A DNA stretch of 64,000 nt, from contig JALHNY010000003.1 of NCBI GenBank assembly GCA_022843285.1, forward strand, positions 25,533 to 89,532, given 5' to 3'. This document shows, piece after piece, positions 1 to 9,038 of the stretch (its first letter is position 1; every line of letters starts with the position of its first letter). Under the pieces are notes generated by a model, which saw only the letters and a list, made by a program, of their open reading frames with translations, did no database searches and was not told the DNA's origin. The DNA is from Minisyncoccota bacterium (GTDB taxonomy: Bacteria > Patescibacteriota > Minisyncoccia > UBA6257 > 2-01-FULL-56-20). The position numbers and the translations under genes are program-made.

Positions 1-299
1 TGCCCCCTGTCGATGATCTCCTGGAGCACGCGGTGGTGCGCCTGGGGCGTGAGGCGGATGTTCACGAAGCCCGGCGCGGCAACCTCTGCGTTGAGGACGA
101 TGCCCTCAAGCTCGGGATCTCCGACGAGGCTCACGGACAGCTCCGCGGCGATGCCCATCGGGTTCGCCTTCCGCTCCTTGGCGAGCTGCAGCGCGACCGG
201 CGTCGCGAAGTGCCCGTGCTCGGCGAGGTCGGGCACCGTGACGGTGGGGTTCTCGACGCCGGTGAGGCGCGAGATGGCGCGGGCTAGGAGCTCCTGCAT
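1..299 (-). CDS. argS: Arginyl-tRNA synthetase, N-terminal part (runs off window edge)
   Basis: Manual translation MQELLARAISRLTGVENPTVTVPDLAEHGHFATPVALQLAKERKANPMGIAAEL...EVAAPGFVNIRL matches the ArgRS N-terminal domain (HGxxAxxxAxxLAK, GPGFxN-like). Confidence 0.85.
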   Translation of the reverse strand, partial: MQELLARAISRLTGVENPTVTVPDLAEHGHFATPVALQLAKERKANPMGIAAELSVSLVGDPELEGIVLNAEVAAPGFVNIRLTPQAHHRVLQEIIDRG

Positions 300-360
300 A
301 CGGGGAATAGTAAAGGAGGGCGCGCCTGTGAGACAGGTCTGAAATTGCTAGAGTTACGGC

Positions 361-816
361 ATGCCACAGGTAACCGGCACCATCGCGGAGAACCGGCGCG
401 CCCGGTTCGACTACGAGATCCTCGAGAAGATTGAGGCCGGCGTCGTCCTGTCCGGGCACGAGGTGAAGAGCGCCAAGCTGGGCCGCCTCAACCTCTCCGG
501 CAGCTACGCCCTCGTGCGCGGCGGCGAGGCGTACCTCTTCAACGCGTCCATCCAGCCCTTCCCGGGCGCGAACGTCCCTCCCGGGTACGATCCCTCGCAG
601 AACCGGACGCTCCTGCTCGAGAAGAAGCAGATTCGTGAGCTCGAGGGAAAGCTGAAAGAAGCGCGCCACACGCTCGTTCCCCTGCGCGCGTTCGTGACGC
701 GCAACCTCATCAAAGTGGAGCTGGGCCTCGCGCGCAGCAAGAAGGGCACGGACAAGCGCGAAACAATAAAGAAGAGGGAGACGGACCGCGAGGTGCGGCG
801 CGCGTTGAAGCGGTAG
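361..816 (+). CDS. smpB: SsrA-binding protein SmpB
   Basis: ENRRARFDYEILEKIEAGVVLSGHEVKS and C-terminal DKRETIKKRE motifs; tmRNA lies nearby. Confidence 0.97.
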   Translation: MPQVTGTIAENRRARFDYEILEKIEAGVVLSGHEVKSAKLGRLNLSGSYALVRGGEAYLFNASIQPFPGANVPPGYDPSQNRTLLLEKKQIRELEGKLKEARHTLVPLRAFVTRNLIKVELGLARSKKGTDKRETIKKRETDREVRRALKR

Positions 817-848
817 CAAAAAGGAGGGCTCACCGGTCCCTCCTTTTG
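817..848. terminator. Bidirectional intrinsic terminator
   Basis: CAAAAAGGAGGG-ctcaccggt-CCCTCCTTTTG hairpin after the smpB stop, overlapping the end of the convergent small ORF. Confidence 0.65.
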
Positions 849-1018
849 TTTATCCTTTCCTCAAGCCTCTTGAGCAGCGGGTAGAAGAAGTAGAGCAGCA
901 ACCCACCTGCAAGAAAGATAACGAGAAACGTTTCATCGAAGCTGCGCGCGAACTCGGAGTTGGCGCTGCGCATGGATGAAATGAAGTCGCCGTCTGTAAC
1001 GAGCTTCTGAAGAAACAT
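830..1018 (-). CDS. Small single-TM hypothetical protein (62 aa)
   Basis: GGAGGT SD before the ATG; one hydrophobic segment (FLVIFLAGGLLLYFFYPLL) followed by a basic tail. Confidence 0.55.
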   Translation of the reverse strand: MFLQKLVTDGDFISSMRSANSEFARSFDETFLVIFLAGGLLLYFFYPLLKRLEERINKRRDR

Positions 1019-1099
1019 GTGCGCACCTCCACGCGTAACAAGATGTTGGGAGCTACGTTATGTATACCAGGAGCACGTATTGCTGTAAACATAAATTCG

Positions 1100-1108
1100 T
1101 GGTATAAT
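1100..1108 (+). promoter_or_regulatory. Extended -10 promoter of ssrA
   Basis: TGgTATAAT 8 nt upstream of the tmRNA 5' end. Confidence 0.7.
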
Positions 1109-1116
1109 GCTCTCGC

Positions 1117-1480
1117 GGGGATGCACGGCTTTGATGGCGGACGATCCGCAGCCTGCGCGCCGAGCGCCAACTCGTGAATCTGGCAAAAACAAATACCTGG
1201 CAACCAGCGCGTTGCAGCTCCGGCCTTCGCTTTTGCGTAAGCCCGAGCTTCCCAGCTCCTAGAGGGCTGGCATCGGAACCGATTCGCCTCTAGTCGATCT
1301 TCCGGTGTTACAAAATGAGGCTCGCCCGGTCGCCCGTTTGTGGTACATGGCGCCCGAGTTAAACCCCAGAACCGCTCCTCTACTTCTGTAGAAGAAACTT
1401 CCGTTCCAGCAATGGGACTACGCGCGTAGACGGCTGCGTTCCCGGCCGACCAGACGAGGGTTCGACTCCCTCCATCTCCA
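1117..1480 (+). ncRNA. ssrA: tmRNA; tag reading frame 1199-1240 encodes (A)GNQRVAAPAFAFA*
   Basis: 5' GGGGATG pairs with 3' CATCTCC-A; T-arm GAGGGTTCGACTCCCTC; internal ORF ending in hydrophobic AFA-stop; next to smpB. Confidence 0.95.
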
Positions 1481-1565
1481 CCCGAAAGATATTGACGTAA
1501 CTATTAAAAGTAGTTATTAATATTTTTAGCTTTTTGCTAATACTAAAACGTGAGGAGGAAAACGG

Positions 1566-2276
1566 ATGACCATCCTGTTTTTCATTGTGCTGACCGTGTT
1601 CGTGGCGGTCGCCAACAAGCAAATCGGATTCATTTTAATGAAAGGTTCGATCTTCGAACCGCTCCGTCGCGCAATCGGGCGCAAGGCACCTGCGAGCTTC
1701 TTCGCCGGAAAACTGAAAGAGCTGTTCTCTTGCAAGCTGTGCATGTCAGCCCAAACTGGCTTGCTCTTCTTCGCAACACCGGCTGCTCTCTTCGGCACCA
1801 ACCCCCTGACCGCCATCCTGGCGGGCGAAACGACCACCCTGGTCACAGTCTCCATCGGAGCCCTGCTCTGGTTTACCACCGGAATGTACGTCTCGGCGGC
1901 GACCATGCTCGCGTGGAACGCACTGGAGTACCTGCCGGAGAGAAACCGAATTCTGCAGGAACACTACGAGGCAATCCGATCCCTGGCAGCCAAGAAGGTT
2001 GGCGCCGGAGATGGGGAAATCAGCTTGGAGCTCTTCTGCGAGCTCATCGCGCACCTCGAAAAAGAGTGCGACCCAATATTCTGGTGCGGATTCGAGCGGC
2101 TCGCGTGTCGCAAAGAAACCGCCGAAGAATTTCTGGAAGGACGCTTCGACGCGGATACCGCTCAGAGCGTTCTCGCCAGGCTGAGCCCTCGACTGCGCCA
2201 GTACTTCGCCAAGCGCGAGACCGACGATGCCCAGGAGAGGCTCGCCCTCCAGGCGGAGATATACGCACAAACATGA
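1566..2276 (+). CDS. Membrane protein with DUF1360-like N-terminus (CxxC)
   Basis: TM segments plus GSIFEPLRR...LKELFSCKLCMS pattern; GAGGAGG SD and AT-rich upstream region. Confidence 0.6.
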   Translation: MTILFFIVLTVFVAVANKQIGFILMKGSIFEPLRRAIGRKAPASFFAGKLKELFSCKLCMSAQTGLLFFATPAALFGTNPLTAILAGETTTLVTVSIGALLWFTTGMYVSAATMLAWNALEYLPERNRILQEHYEAIRSLAAKKVGAGDGEISLELFCELIAHLEKECDPIFWCGFERLACRKETAEEFLEGRFDADTAQSVLARLSPRLRQYFAKRETDDAQERLALQAEIYAQT

Positions 2277-2307
2277 ATCACTCACGAAACTCTTCACACG
2301 AAACATT

Positions 2308-2328
2308 GGGACCGCAGCGCGGTCCCTT
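2308..2328 (+). terminator. Intrinsic terminator-like hairpin
   Basis: GGGACCGC-agc-GCGGTCCC-TT. Confidence 0.5.
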
Positions 2329-2366
2329 GTGCGTTTTGCACAGGTGCGAAGTAGTACAATGAAGTC

Positions 2367-2804
2367 ATGGCCTCATACAAAATTCTTTCCCTCACCGGCC
2401 TCCGCGTGGCCCTTGGAGGACTCTTCTTTTACGCGGGCATTACCAAGGTGGCGAATCCAGACTGGAGCGCTGCGGGGTACCTGAAAGGCGCGGAGAACTT
2501 CACCGGCTTCTTCGGCTGGCTCGCCTCTCCGCAGGTCCTGCCGCTCACGAACTTCCTCAACGAGTGGGGGCTGACGCTCCTCGGCATCTCACTGATCCTC
2601 GGCATCTTCGTCCGGCTGTCAGCACCGCTGGGGGCAGCAATGATGGTCCTGTACTACGTGGCACTCAGCTTCCCGTTCCCGAACGAACACGCCTTCATCT
2701 TTGACGAGCACATCGTGTACGCGCTCGCCCTCCTGGTGCTCGCCTCGCAGCACGCCGGGCGCCACTACGGCCTGGACGCGGTAATCAAGAGCAGGTTCAG
2801 CTAG
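2367..2804 (+). CDS. DoxX family membrane protein
   Basis: LRVALGGLFFYAGITK...WSAAGYL...WGLTLLGISLILGIFVRL...GRHYGLD. Confidence 0.85.
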   Translation: MASYKILSLTGLRVALGGLFFYAGITKVANPDWSAAGYLKGAENFTGFFGWLASPQVLPLTNFLNEWGLTLLGISLILGIFVRLSAPLGAAMMVLYYVALSFPFPNEHAFIFDEHIVYALALLVLASQHAGRHYGLDAVIKSRFS

Positions 2805-2899
2805 CTTGACTCGCCTCCGGGTGGGGGTATGTTCTGGGTGGTTCTAACCGTCCCGTCACAGCACGGGGCATAATCCAAACGAATAAGGAGGGACAGAAA

Positions 2900-3943
2900 A
2901 TGTCCGCAAATACAGCAAAAACGGGTGAGAAACGAGTTCACCCGCTCATTACCAAAACCGCCCATGGAATCAGGGACTGGGGAGAGTGGCTCGACCTTTG
3001 GGAAGCAGCCGAATCCTTCCAGACACTGAACGGACTGCTGCACGTCGGGTTCAGCGTGAACCTGCCGTGGCGCACAGAGGACAGGGAGAACGGCAAGGAC
3101 TGGCACGACCGCGTGCTCTTCTACCTGCAGGTTGCAGATCGCTGGAAGGAGCACGGGTGGTGCGTCACCGAGTCCGAAGCAAACGAGCGGTTTTTCATTG
3201 GTCTCAACGAGAAGGGCGAAGGCGTTCACAAGAACGCCGGAGAGCTTCGCGGAAAGCTCAGCGAGAAGGCATTCGCCATGCTGGCGGGTCACTTCTTCAA
3301 CGCCGAGCTCTGGGATTTGTACGAGCACAGGAAGTTTTTCTGGATCTGGAACGGTATCGGATCATCTGAAAGGCTCCTCGCCGAGCTCGCACACTTCTTC
3401 AGGCTGGACGGCTCAGCTGTGCTGGGTTCCCGCATGGTGAACCTGGGATGGCGGGACCAGTCACACCACGAGGTGCGCGCGGAGAAGTTTCTGAAAAACT
3501 TCGCAACGTACCTCTGGGAGTGGCAGGCAGAAGAGCTGTGGACCGGAGACGAAGAGAAAAAGCGCGCGCATCGAGAAAGGGTCGCGGCGCACCGTGCCCG
3601 TCTGGGTGCCGCGAAGCTCTGGGTCGTCGAGTCTCTCGATGCTCTGCACCAGCTCAGCTTTCTCGAGCGGTGGATGGACCGGCTTGATAAGCCAGTCCTC
3701 GGCAAGCTTCAGGAAATTGCCATGCGCACCGAACTGAAGTCGTACAGCCATACAGTCAAAGACCACCGCAAGGTGGCGACGCTCGAAGAGGCTTGCTACG
3801 CTGGATCCGATGCAGCCTGGCTCCTGGCTCGGCACAAGTTGCTGACCCGTGAGGGGAAGCGGCTACGCTCGATTCAGGAAGCCCAGGAGGAGCGAGATAA
3901 GGCTGAGCAGAAGATAAAGAAACTGTCCGCGCAGGCTACCTGA
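2900..3943 (+). CDS. Hypothetical protein (347 aa, Trp-rich, helical)
   Basis: Long ORF with AAGGAGG SD and a downstream hairpin (3958-3981); no recognisable motif. Confidence 0.7.
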   Translation: MSANTAKTGEKRVHPLITKTAHGIRDWGEWLDLWEAAESFQTLNGLLHVGFSVNLPWRTEDRENGKDWHDRVLFYLQVADRWKEHGWCVTESEANERFFIGLNEKGEGVHKNAGELRGKLSEKAFAMLAGHFFNAELWDLYEHRKFFWIWNGIGSSERLLAELAHFFRLDGSAVLGSRMVNLGWRDQSHHEVRAEKFLKNFATYLWEWQAEELWTGDEEKKRAHRERVAAHRARLGAAKLWVVESLDALHQLSFLERWMDRLDKPVLGKLQEIAMRTELKSYSHTVKDHRKVATLEEACYAGSDAAWLLARHKLLTREGKRLRSIQEAQEERDKAEQKIKKLSAQAT

Positions 3944-4029
3944 CGCGGAGCAGCCAGAGGGATCGCACTTGCGGTCCCTTTGCACGTTCCGGCACCAAAT
4001 CCACCGAGCCGGCATGGTAACATGGGCGC

Positions 4030-4575
4030 ATGAGCAGAACCCCATACGCAGCTATCACGGCACTAGCAGCCATTATTGTCATCGGAGGGGCAATCACGTT
4101 CTCCTCCAAAACCCAGCCCGGGAACGAGCCCGCTCCGAACGAGCAGGCGAGCAGCACCCAGAGCGGGGGCACCACCAGCGTTAAGGTAGCCCTGCTGGAC
4201 TACACGGGCGAGAGCGACGGCAAGCAGCGCGGCTGCGACCGGGTGGCCATGGTGGACCGCACCGTGCCCCTGACCCAGGCTCCCCTGACGGCAGCCATGA
4301 ACGAGCTCTTCAATGTGATTCCCGCGGAGCTGGACGGGTACAGCAGCTTCATGCCGAAGACCGCCGCGACGCTGAAGTTCGAGAGCGCCACGGTGGCAGA
4401 CGGCGTCGCGAAGATCTACCTCACGGGCAGCCTCTCCGGACTCGCGGGCGTCTGCGATGATCCCCGCGCAAAGATTCAAATCGAGGAGACCGCGCTCCAG
4501 TTCCCCACCGTGCAGTCCGTGAAGCTGTACCTGAACGGAACGGAAACCGAGCTGCAGCCGAACGAGCAGGGCTAG
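4030..4575 (+). CDS. Membrane-anchored GerMN-domain protein
   Basis: N-terminal TM; LTAAMNELF...GVAKIYL...GVCDDPRAKIQIEETALQFPTVQSVKLYLNG. Confidence 0.8.
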   Translation: MSRTPYAAITALAAIIVIGGAITFSSKTQPGNEPAPNEQASSTQSGGTTSVKVALLDYTGESDGKQRGCDRVAMVDRTVPLTQAPLTAAMNELFNVIPAELDGYSSFMPKTAATLKFESATVADGVAKIYLTGSLSGLAGVCDDPRAKIQIEETALQFPTVQSVKLYLNGTETELQPNEQG

Positions 4576-4582
4576 GCGCGAT

Positions 4583-5959
4583 ATGGCAGAGAACAGATCT
4601 CCCTGGCTGAGCCAGCTTCGTGCGGACAGGCCCAGCCACAAGTTGGACCGGGATGGCGACGCGGACGTCGCCATCATCGGCGCGGGCATCGCCGGCATCT
4701 CGACGGCCTTTTTTATTCTCAAGAACACCGAGAAGACGGTGGCAGTTCTCGAGCGGGACAAGCTCGCGCACGGGGCAACCGGCCACAACGCGGGCCAGGT
4801 GGTCAGCTACTTCGAGATCGGCTTTGCGAAGCTGGTGGAGCTCTTCGGACAGGAGAAGGCGAAAGCTGGGCAGCTCGCCGTCGAGGACGCCTGGGGCTTA
4901 ATCGATGAGATGTACCGGGACGCGCAGATGGACATCCCCTTCGCACGCTTCATGGGGCACGCCGGCCTCATGACGCTGGATCAGGTCATGCGGCACATCA
5001 ACAATAACGCGGCACGCGCAGCAGCTGGGCTAGACGTCGAGCGCATGCGCATCGCGGACAGCGCCCCGTTCCTGGGTGAAATTCCAAAAGAGCACGCAGA
5101 CCTGTACGAGGTGGTGCCTCACGCCGAGATTCTCGATGCGCTCGAGACCAAAGTGACCGACTACCTCGCCATGCTCTCGCACCAGAAGGGTGTGATCAAC
5201 AGCGCGCTCTTCTGCCAGGAGGTCGTGGCGTACCTCCAGGGCAAGTACCCGGACCGCTTCACGCTGTACGAGCACTCGCCCGTGGCGAAGGTCATTCTCC
5301 ACGAAGAAAGTGCGGTGCTCGACGTCATCGAGCACACGCTCACCGCGAAGCACGTCGTGCTCGCCACCAATGGCTTCGAGAAGTTCACCATCATCGACCA
5401 GAACAACCTAGTCCTCGATCACAAGTTCCACCAGCTCATCGAGGGAACGGTCGGATACATGTCCGGGTACCTCGAGCCCATGGACAAGCAGCCCGTCGCG
5501 ATCAGCTACTTCGACAAGGGTGAGGAGGACGCCTCGCACAACGATGAGCTCTACTACTACCTCACCCGCCGCCCGTACGAGCAGGGCGAGGCCAGCCAGA
5601 ACCTGATCTCCATCGGCGGTCCCGACGTGGACATGCAAGACTCTCGGGCGTACCGCCGGGATCAGGACTTCCCGGATTCCCTCATAGCCAGCATCGATGC
5701 CTTCGTGAAGAAGACGTACGACCCGGACCCGAACCGGGCCATCGAGTACGTCTTCACCTGGCACGGCCTCATGGGGTACACCACCAACTGGGTCCGCTTG
5801 GTGGGCAAAGAGCCCCGGAACCCGGTCCTGCTCTACAACCTGGGCTGCAACGGGGTCGGCATCCTGCCCTCCGTGTACGGGGGAAGCCGGATTGCGGAAC
5901 TGGTAGCCGGGAAAGAGCTCGAGCCGTCCATCTTCGACGTGCCTGCCAGCCGCAGTTGA
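4583..5959 (+). CDS. FAD-dependent oxidoreductase (DAO/PuuB-like family)
   Basis: DVAIIGAGIAG Rossmann motif, GATGHNAG, VVLATNG, C-terminal GCNGVG. Confidence 0.85.
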   Translation: MAENRSPWLSQLRADRPSHKLDRDGDADVAIIGAGIAGISTAFFILKNTEKTVAVLERDKLAHGATGHNAGQVVSYFEIGFAKLVELFGQEKAKAGQLAVEDAWGLIDEMYRDAQMDIPFARFMGHAGLMTLDQVMRHINNNAARAAAGLDVERMRIADSAPFLGEIPKEHADLYEVVPHAEILDALETKVTDYLAMLSHQKGVINSALFCQEVVAYLQGKYPDRFTLYEHSPVAKVILHEESAVLDVIEHTLTAKHVVLATNGFEKFTIIDQNNLVLDHKFHQLIEGTVGYMSGYLEPMDKQPVAISYFDKGEEDASHNDELYYYLTRRPYEQGEASQNLISIGGPDVDMQDSRAYRRDQDFPDSLIASIDAFVKKTYDPDPNRAIEYVFTWHGLMGYTTNWVRLVGKEPRNPVLLYNLGCNGVGILPSVYGGSRIAELVAGKELEPSIFDVPASRS

Positions 5960-6029
5960 CCCGATCTGGCATTGGTGGCTCAATGCAGGCAGTTTGCGAA
6001 GCAAAACAATTCAAGAAGGGAGGAACACC

Positions 6030-6836
6030 ATGTCAAAAGACACGAGCTTTTCCCACTGGTTCGAACTGTGGGAAATTTTTGAGCAGTACCGCGGGGCACG
6101 GCGCACCGTGACAGACGAGTTCATCGCCTCGGTGAACTTCGGTGCAGTGGGGCAGCTACCTTTCCAAATTAGAAAGGTGCTGACCTACATGCAGAACATA
6201 GAGGGTGCTGTCTGGGGCGTGTACTTCAGGGAGCTCAGCAGGACTCCGACCGGGCGCAACCCCGTAATCGGAAAGTTCTTGGAGAACTGGCTGGAAGAGG
6301 AGAGGCGACACGCCGCGCTCCTGGAGCAGGTTCTCGAGGCTGCCGGGGGTGCGGTTCCGGGCAAGCTCATGCAGCCCTGGGACACCAGTTGGGTGGCGCG
6401 CATCATGGGAGAAAATCTGTTCGGCGGCGTGCACATGGCAATGGGCGCGACCAATGAACTGATGACCTCTTTTGCGTACAAGACCTTGGCAAAAATCGTC
6501 CGCCGCGAGCACCCGGAGCTGGCGCGCGTGCTCATTGCCATTGCGACTGAGGAGTCCATGCACTACGCGTTCTACTACAGAGTTGCCCGGGTGTACCTGG
6601 GGCAGTCTCGGCGAGCGCGCTGGGTAGCCGCTCCGATTCTCAACCGCTTCGCGGTTGGCGTCGGGGTGGGGGTACGGGAAGTAGAGGATGCCCACGAGGT
6701 CTTCCGCTTTCTCCTGGAAGGTCACCGCGACGATTTCATCGAAAAGGTGGCGAGGAAAATCAGGCAGCTCCCGGGGCTCGGCGCGTTTGACGCCATGGAA
6801 CGCCTGTACGACAGGGTTTTTGCGACCCAGGCATAA
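6030..6836 (+). CDS. Ferritin-like di-iron protein (acyl-ACP desaturase-like fold)
   Basis: E...EEERRH...NE...EESMH ligand pattern; GGAGG SD before ATG 6030. Confidence 0.7.
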   Translation: MSKDTSFSHWFELWEIFEQYRGARRTVTDEFIASVNFGAVGQLPFQIRKVLTYMQNIEGAVWGVYFRELSRTPTGRNPVIGKFLENWLEEERRHAALLEQVLEAAGGAVPGKLMQPWDTSWVARIMGENLFGGVHMAMGATNELMTSFAYKTLAKIVRREHPELARVLIAIATEESMHYAFYYRVARVYLGQSRRARWVAAPILNRFAVGVGVGVREVEDAHEVFRFLLEGHRDDFIEKVARKIRQLPGLGAFDAMERLYDRVFATQA

Positions 6837-6922
6837 CGGTGGAGCCGCCTCACGAGGTGGCTCCTTCCCATTTTGCACGCTGCCCCCCGGCACGGGCTGC
6901 CGGCGGGAACCTGGACCCATCT

Positions 6923-6951
6923 TTGACAGAAACCCCCTATTTCCTTACGAT
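6923..6951 (+). promoter_or_regulatory. Sigma70 promoter of infC-rpmI-rplT
   Basis: TTGACA-17 nt-TACGAT. Confidence 0.7.
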
Positions 6952-6980
6952 TCGGCGGCACCTGTAGTCATTCGACAGCC

Positions 6981-7487
6981 ATTCAGAAATTTCGCGTTAA
7001 CAGCCAGATCACTGCCCCAGAGGTGCGGGTACTTGGAGAGGATGGAGAGCCGGTAGGGGTCTTCCCGCTAAAGGAAGCCCTGGCCATGGCAAAGGACGGC
7101 ATCGACCTCATCGAGGTCGTGCCGCACGCCAAGCCACCCGTCGCGAAGCTCATGAGCTTCGACAAGTTCCGCTACCTCCAGGACAAGGAGGAGAAGCGGC
7201 AGAAGCAGGCGAGCAAGTCATCCGGGATCAAGCAGATTCAGGTGACCGCCCGCGCTGCTGAGCACGACTGGTCCACCAAGATCAAGCAGCTGGATAAGTT
7301 CCTCGAGGAGGGTCACCCCGTTGAGGTCCAGATGAAGCTGCGCGGACGCGAGAAGAGCCCTGGCATGCAGGATTGGGTCAAGGAGCGCCTCGCCACCTTC
7401 CTCGGAATGGTGTCCGTCGAGTTCAAAATCATTCTCCCAGCGCGACCCGGAGGCCGAGGGGTCATCATGCAGATCGGCAAAAAGTAA
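6981..7487 (+). CDS. infC: Translation initiation factor IF-3 (AUU start)
   Basis: An in-frame ATT at 6981 gives IQKFRVNSQITAPEVRVLGEDGE...DLIEV...PPVAKLM; operon with L35 and L20. Confidence 0.92.
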   Translation: MQKFRVNSQITAPEVRVLGEDGEPVGVFPLKEALAMAKDGIDLIEVVPHAKPPVAKLMSFDKFRYLQDKEEKRQKQASKSSGIKQIQVTARAAEHDWSTKIKQLDKFLEEGHPVEVQMKLRGREKSPGMQDWVKERLATFLGMVSVEFKIILPARPGGRGVIMQIGKK

Positions 7488-7506
7488 CCACACATTCACC
7501 ACCACC

Positions 7507-7680
7507 ATGTCCATGAAGAAGAGCGTCAGCTCACGTATCAGAATCACGAAGAACGGGAAGGTCATGCGTCGCACCATGGCAGTCGGTCATTTCCGCACCC
7601 GCAAGAGCGGCAAAAATTTGCTCCGGAAGCGGATGCCGGTCTCCTCAAACCTGAGTGCCCAGACCCTCAAGACCTACTAG
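7507..7680 (+). CDS. rpmI: 50S ribosomal protein L35 (absent from ORF track)
   Basis: MSMKKSVSSRIRITKNGKVMRRTMAVGHFRTRKSGK..., located between infC and rplT. Confidence 0.9.
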   Translation: MSMKKSVSSRIRITKNGKVMRRTMAVGHFRTRKSGKNLLRKRMPVSSNLSAQTLKTY

Positions 7681-7715
7681 CCAAACCCGTACCCACCTTG
7701 TTACAGTAGCCACCT

Positions 7716-8069
7716 ATGCCACGAGTTAAGCGGGGAACCATAGCCCACAAGCGTCGCGAGAAGCTCCTCAAGAAGACCAAGGGCTTCAAGTGGGGCCGCA
7801 AATCCAAGGAGCGTGCCGCCAAGGAGGCCCTCATTCACGCGGGCGTCCACGCCTTCCGCGGCCGCAAGGAGAAGAAGCGCACCAACCGCGGCATCTGGAA
7901 CATCCGGATCAACGCGGCGCTCCGCGCCGGCGAGGAGCCCCTGTCGTACAGCGCTTTCATCAAGCTGCTCAAGGACAAGAACGTTGACCTCAACCGCAAG
8001 GTGCTCGCCGACATGGCGGACAAGCGCCCCGAGGCGTTCGCGGACGTGGTCGCGATGGCCCGGAAGTAA
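7716..8069 (+). CDS. rplT: 50S ribosomal protein L20
   Basis: MPRVKRG...RKEKKRTNRGIWNIRINAA...LNRKVLADMA. Confidence 0.97.
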   Translation: MPRVKRGTIAHKRREKLLKKTKGFKWGRKSKERAAKEALIHAGVHAFRGRKEKKRTNRGIWNIRINAALRAGEEPLSYSAFIKLLKDKNVDLNRKVLADMADKRPEAFADVVAMARK

Positions 8070-8081
8070 GGAGGGACACGC

Positions 8082-8120
8082 AATAAAAGGGAGCCGGCGA
8101 AAGTCGGCTCCCTTTTATTT
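8082..8120. terminator. Bidirectional intrinsic terminator
   Basis: AATAAAAGGGAGCCGGC-gaaa-GTCGGCTCCCTTTTATTT. Confidence 0.85.
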
Positions 8121-8131
8121 CGTGCGCAGGA

Positions 8132-8404
8132 TCACTGGACCAGGACCCCCTCCCCCCGAAGCAGCTGCAGCTTCCTGTCGGCACCGAAGCGGTACCCGCC
8201 GGGGGTGCCGTCACTCCTCACCACGCGGTGGCAGGGAATGCCGGTCACGTGGATGCCGTACCGGTTCATGATGGTGCCCACGGCGCGGGCGGCCTTCGGG
8301 TTGCCCGCCCGGGCGGCAACTTCGCCGTACGTCATCGTCTTCCCAGCTGGAATCTTCGCGACTACCGCGATGACGCGGTCCCTGAAGCTACTTGGCTGCT
8401 GCAC
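8132..8404 (-). CDS. MGMT-family O6-alkylguanine DNA alkyltransferase (C-terminal domain only)
   Basis: IPAGKTMTYGEVA...ARAVG...IPCHRVV with the catalytic Cys. Confidence 0.85.
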   Translation of the reverse strand: MQQPSSFRDRVIAVVAKIPAGKTMTYGEVAARAGNPKAARAVGTIMNRYGIHVTGIPCHRVVRSDGTPGGYRFGADRKLQLLRGEGVLVQ

Positions 8405-9005
8405 CGGCGTGCGGCTTCGGAGCCGTTCCCGACTGGCCGCGACCGCGGCGCCCGCGTCCCCGGCGCGAGAAGCGCTTGCGCGGCTTGCGCGCGCCGCCGT
8501 GCGCCGGCTCGGCCTCGCCGGACTCTTTGCGCAGGAAGTCGTGGGCCTGCTTGAGCACCCGCTTCGTGCCGACGTACTTGGTGCCGATGATCTTCATCGC
8601 GTCCGCGTACAGGAACCACGCGTAGCCGCTGTGCTCGCGGGGTGAGATGACGACATCCGCCTTCTCCGTCTCGGCGAGGTACAGGATGACCGTGTCGTAG
8701 ATGCGCTCGTCCCCGATCTTGAAGTTGTAGCGGAGCTGGGTCTTGAACCCCGGCACGAGCTTGAGGTCTTTCTCCTGAATCCCGGTCTCCTCGCCGAGCT
8801 CGCGGAGCGCGGCGGTCAAGTCGTTCTCCCCCTCCTCGAACTTGCCCTTGGGGAAGTTCCAGTACGTCCCGCGGCGGTACAGGAGCAGGTACTTGGTGCC
8901 CTCCTCCGTCTTGCGGTACACCACAAAACCAGCGACGGTCTGCTTCTTGACCGTCGCTTTACTTGCGGGCGCAGCCGCTCTGGGGCGCTCTCGCTTTTCG
9001 AGCAT
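8388..9005 (-). CDS. NUDIX hydrolase (Ap4A hydrolase-like) with Arg-rich tail
   Basis: Nudix box PKGKFEEGENDLTAALRELGEETGI; start placed at ATG 9005 using the upstream TATAGT. Confidence 0.85.
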   Translation of the reverse strand: MLEKRERPRAAAPASKATVKKQTVAGFVVYRKTEEGTKYLLLYRRGTYWNFPKGKFEEGENDLTAALRELGEETGIQEKDLKLVPGFKTQLRYNFKIGDERIYDTVILYLAETEKADVVISPREHSGYAWFLYADAMKIIGTKYVGTKRVLKQAHDFLRKESGEAEPAHGGARKPRKRFSRRGRGRRGRGQSGTAPKPHAGAAAK

Positions 9006-9038
9006 GGGGACACTATACACCAGGCCCCCGCTCCCCGG

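Noticed and set aside
1481-6866. tmRNA-integrated genomic island or prophage
   Set aside because: No integrase, no duplicated tmRNA 3' end seen, no phage genes; core-type leaderless genes are interleaved.
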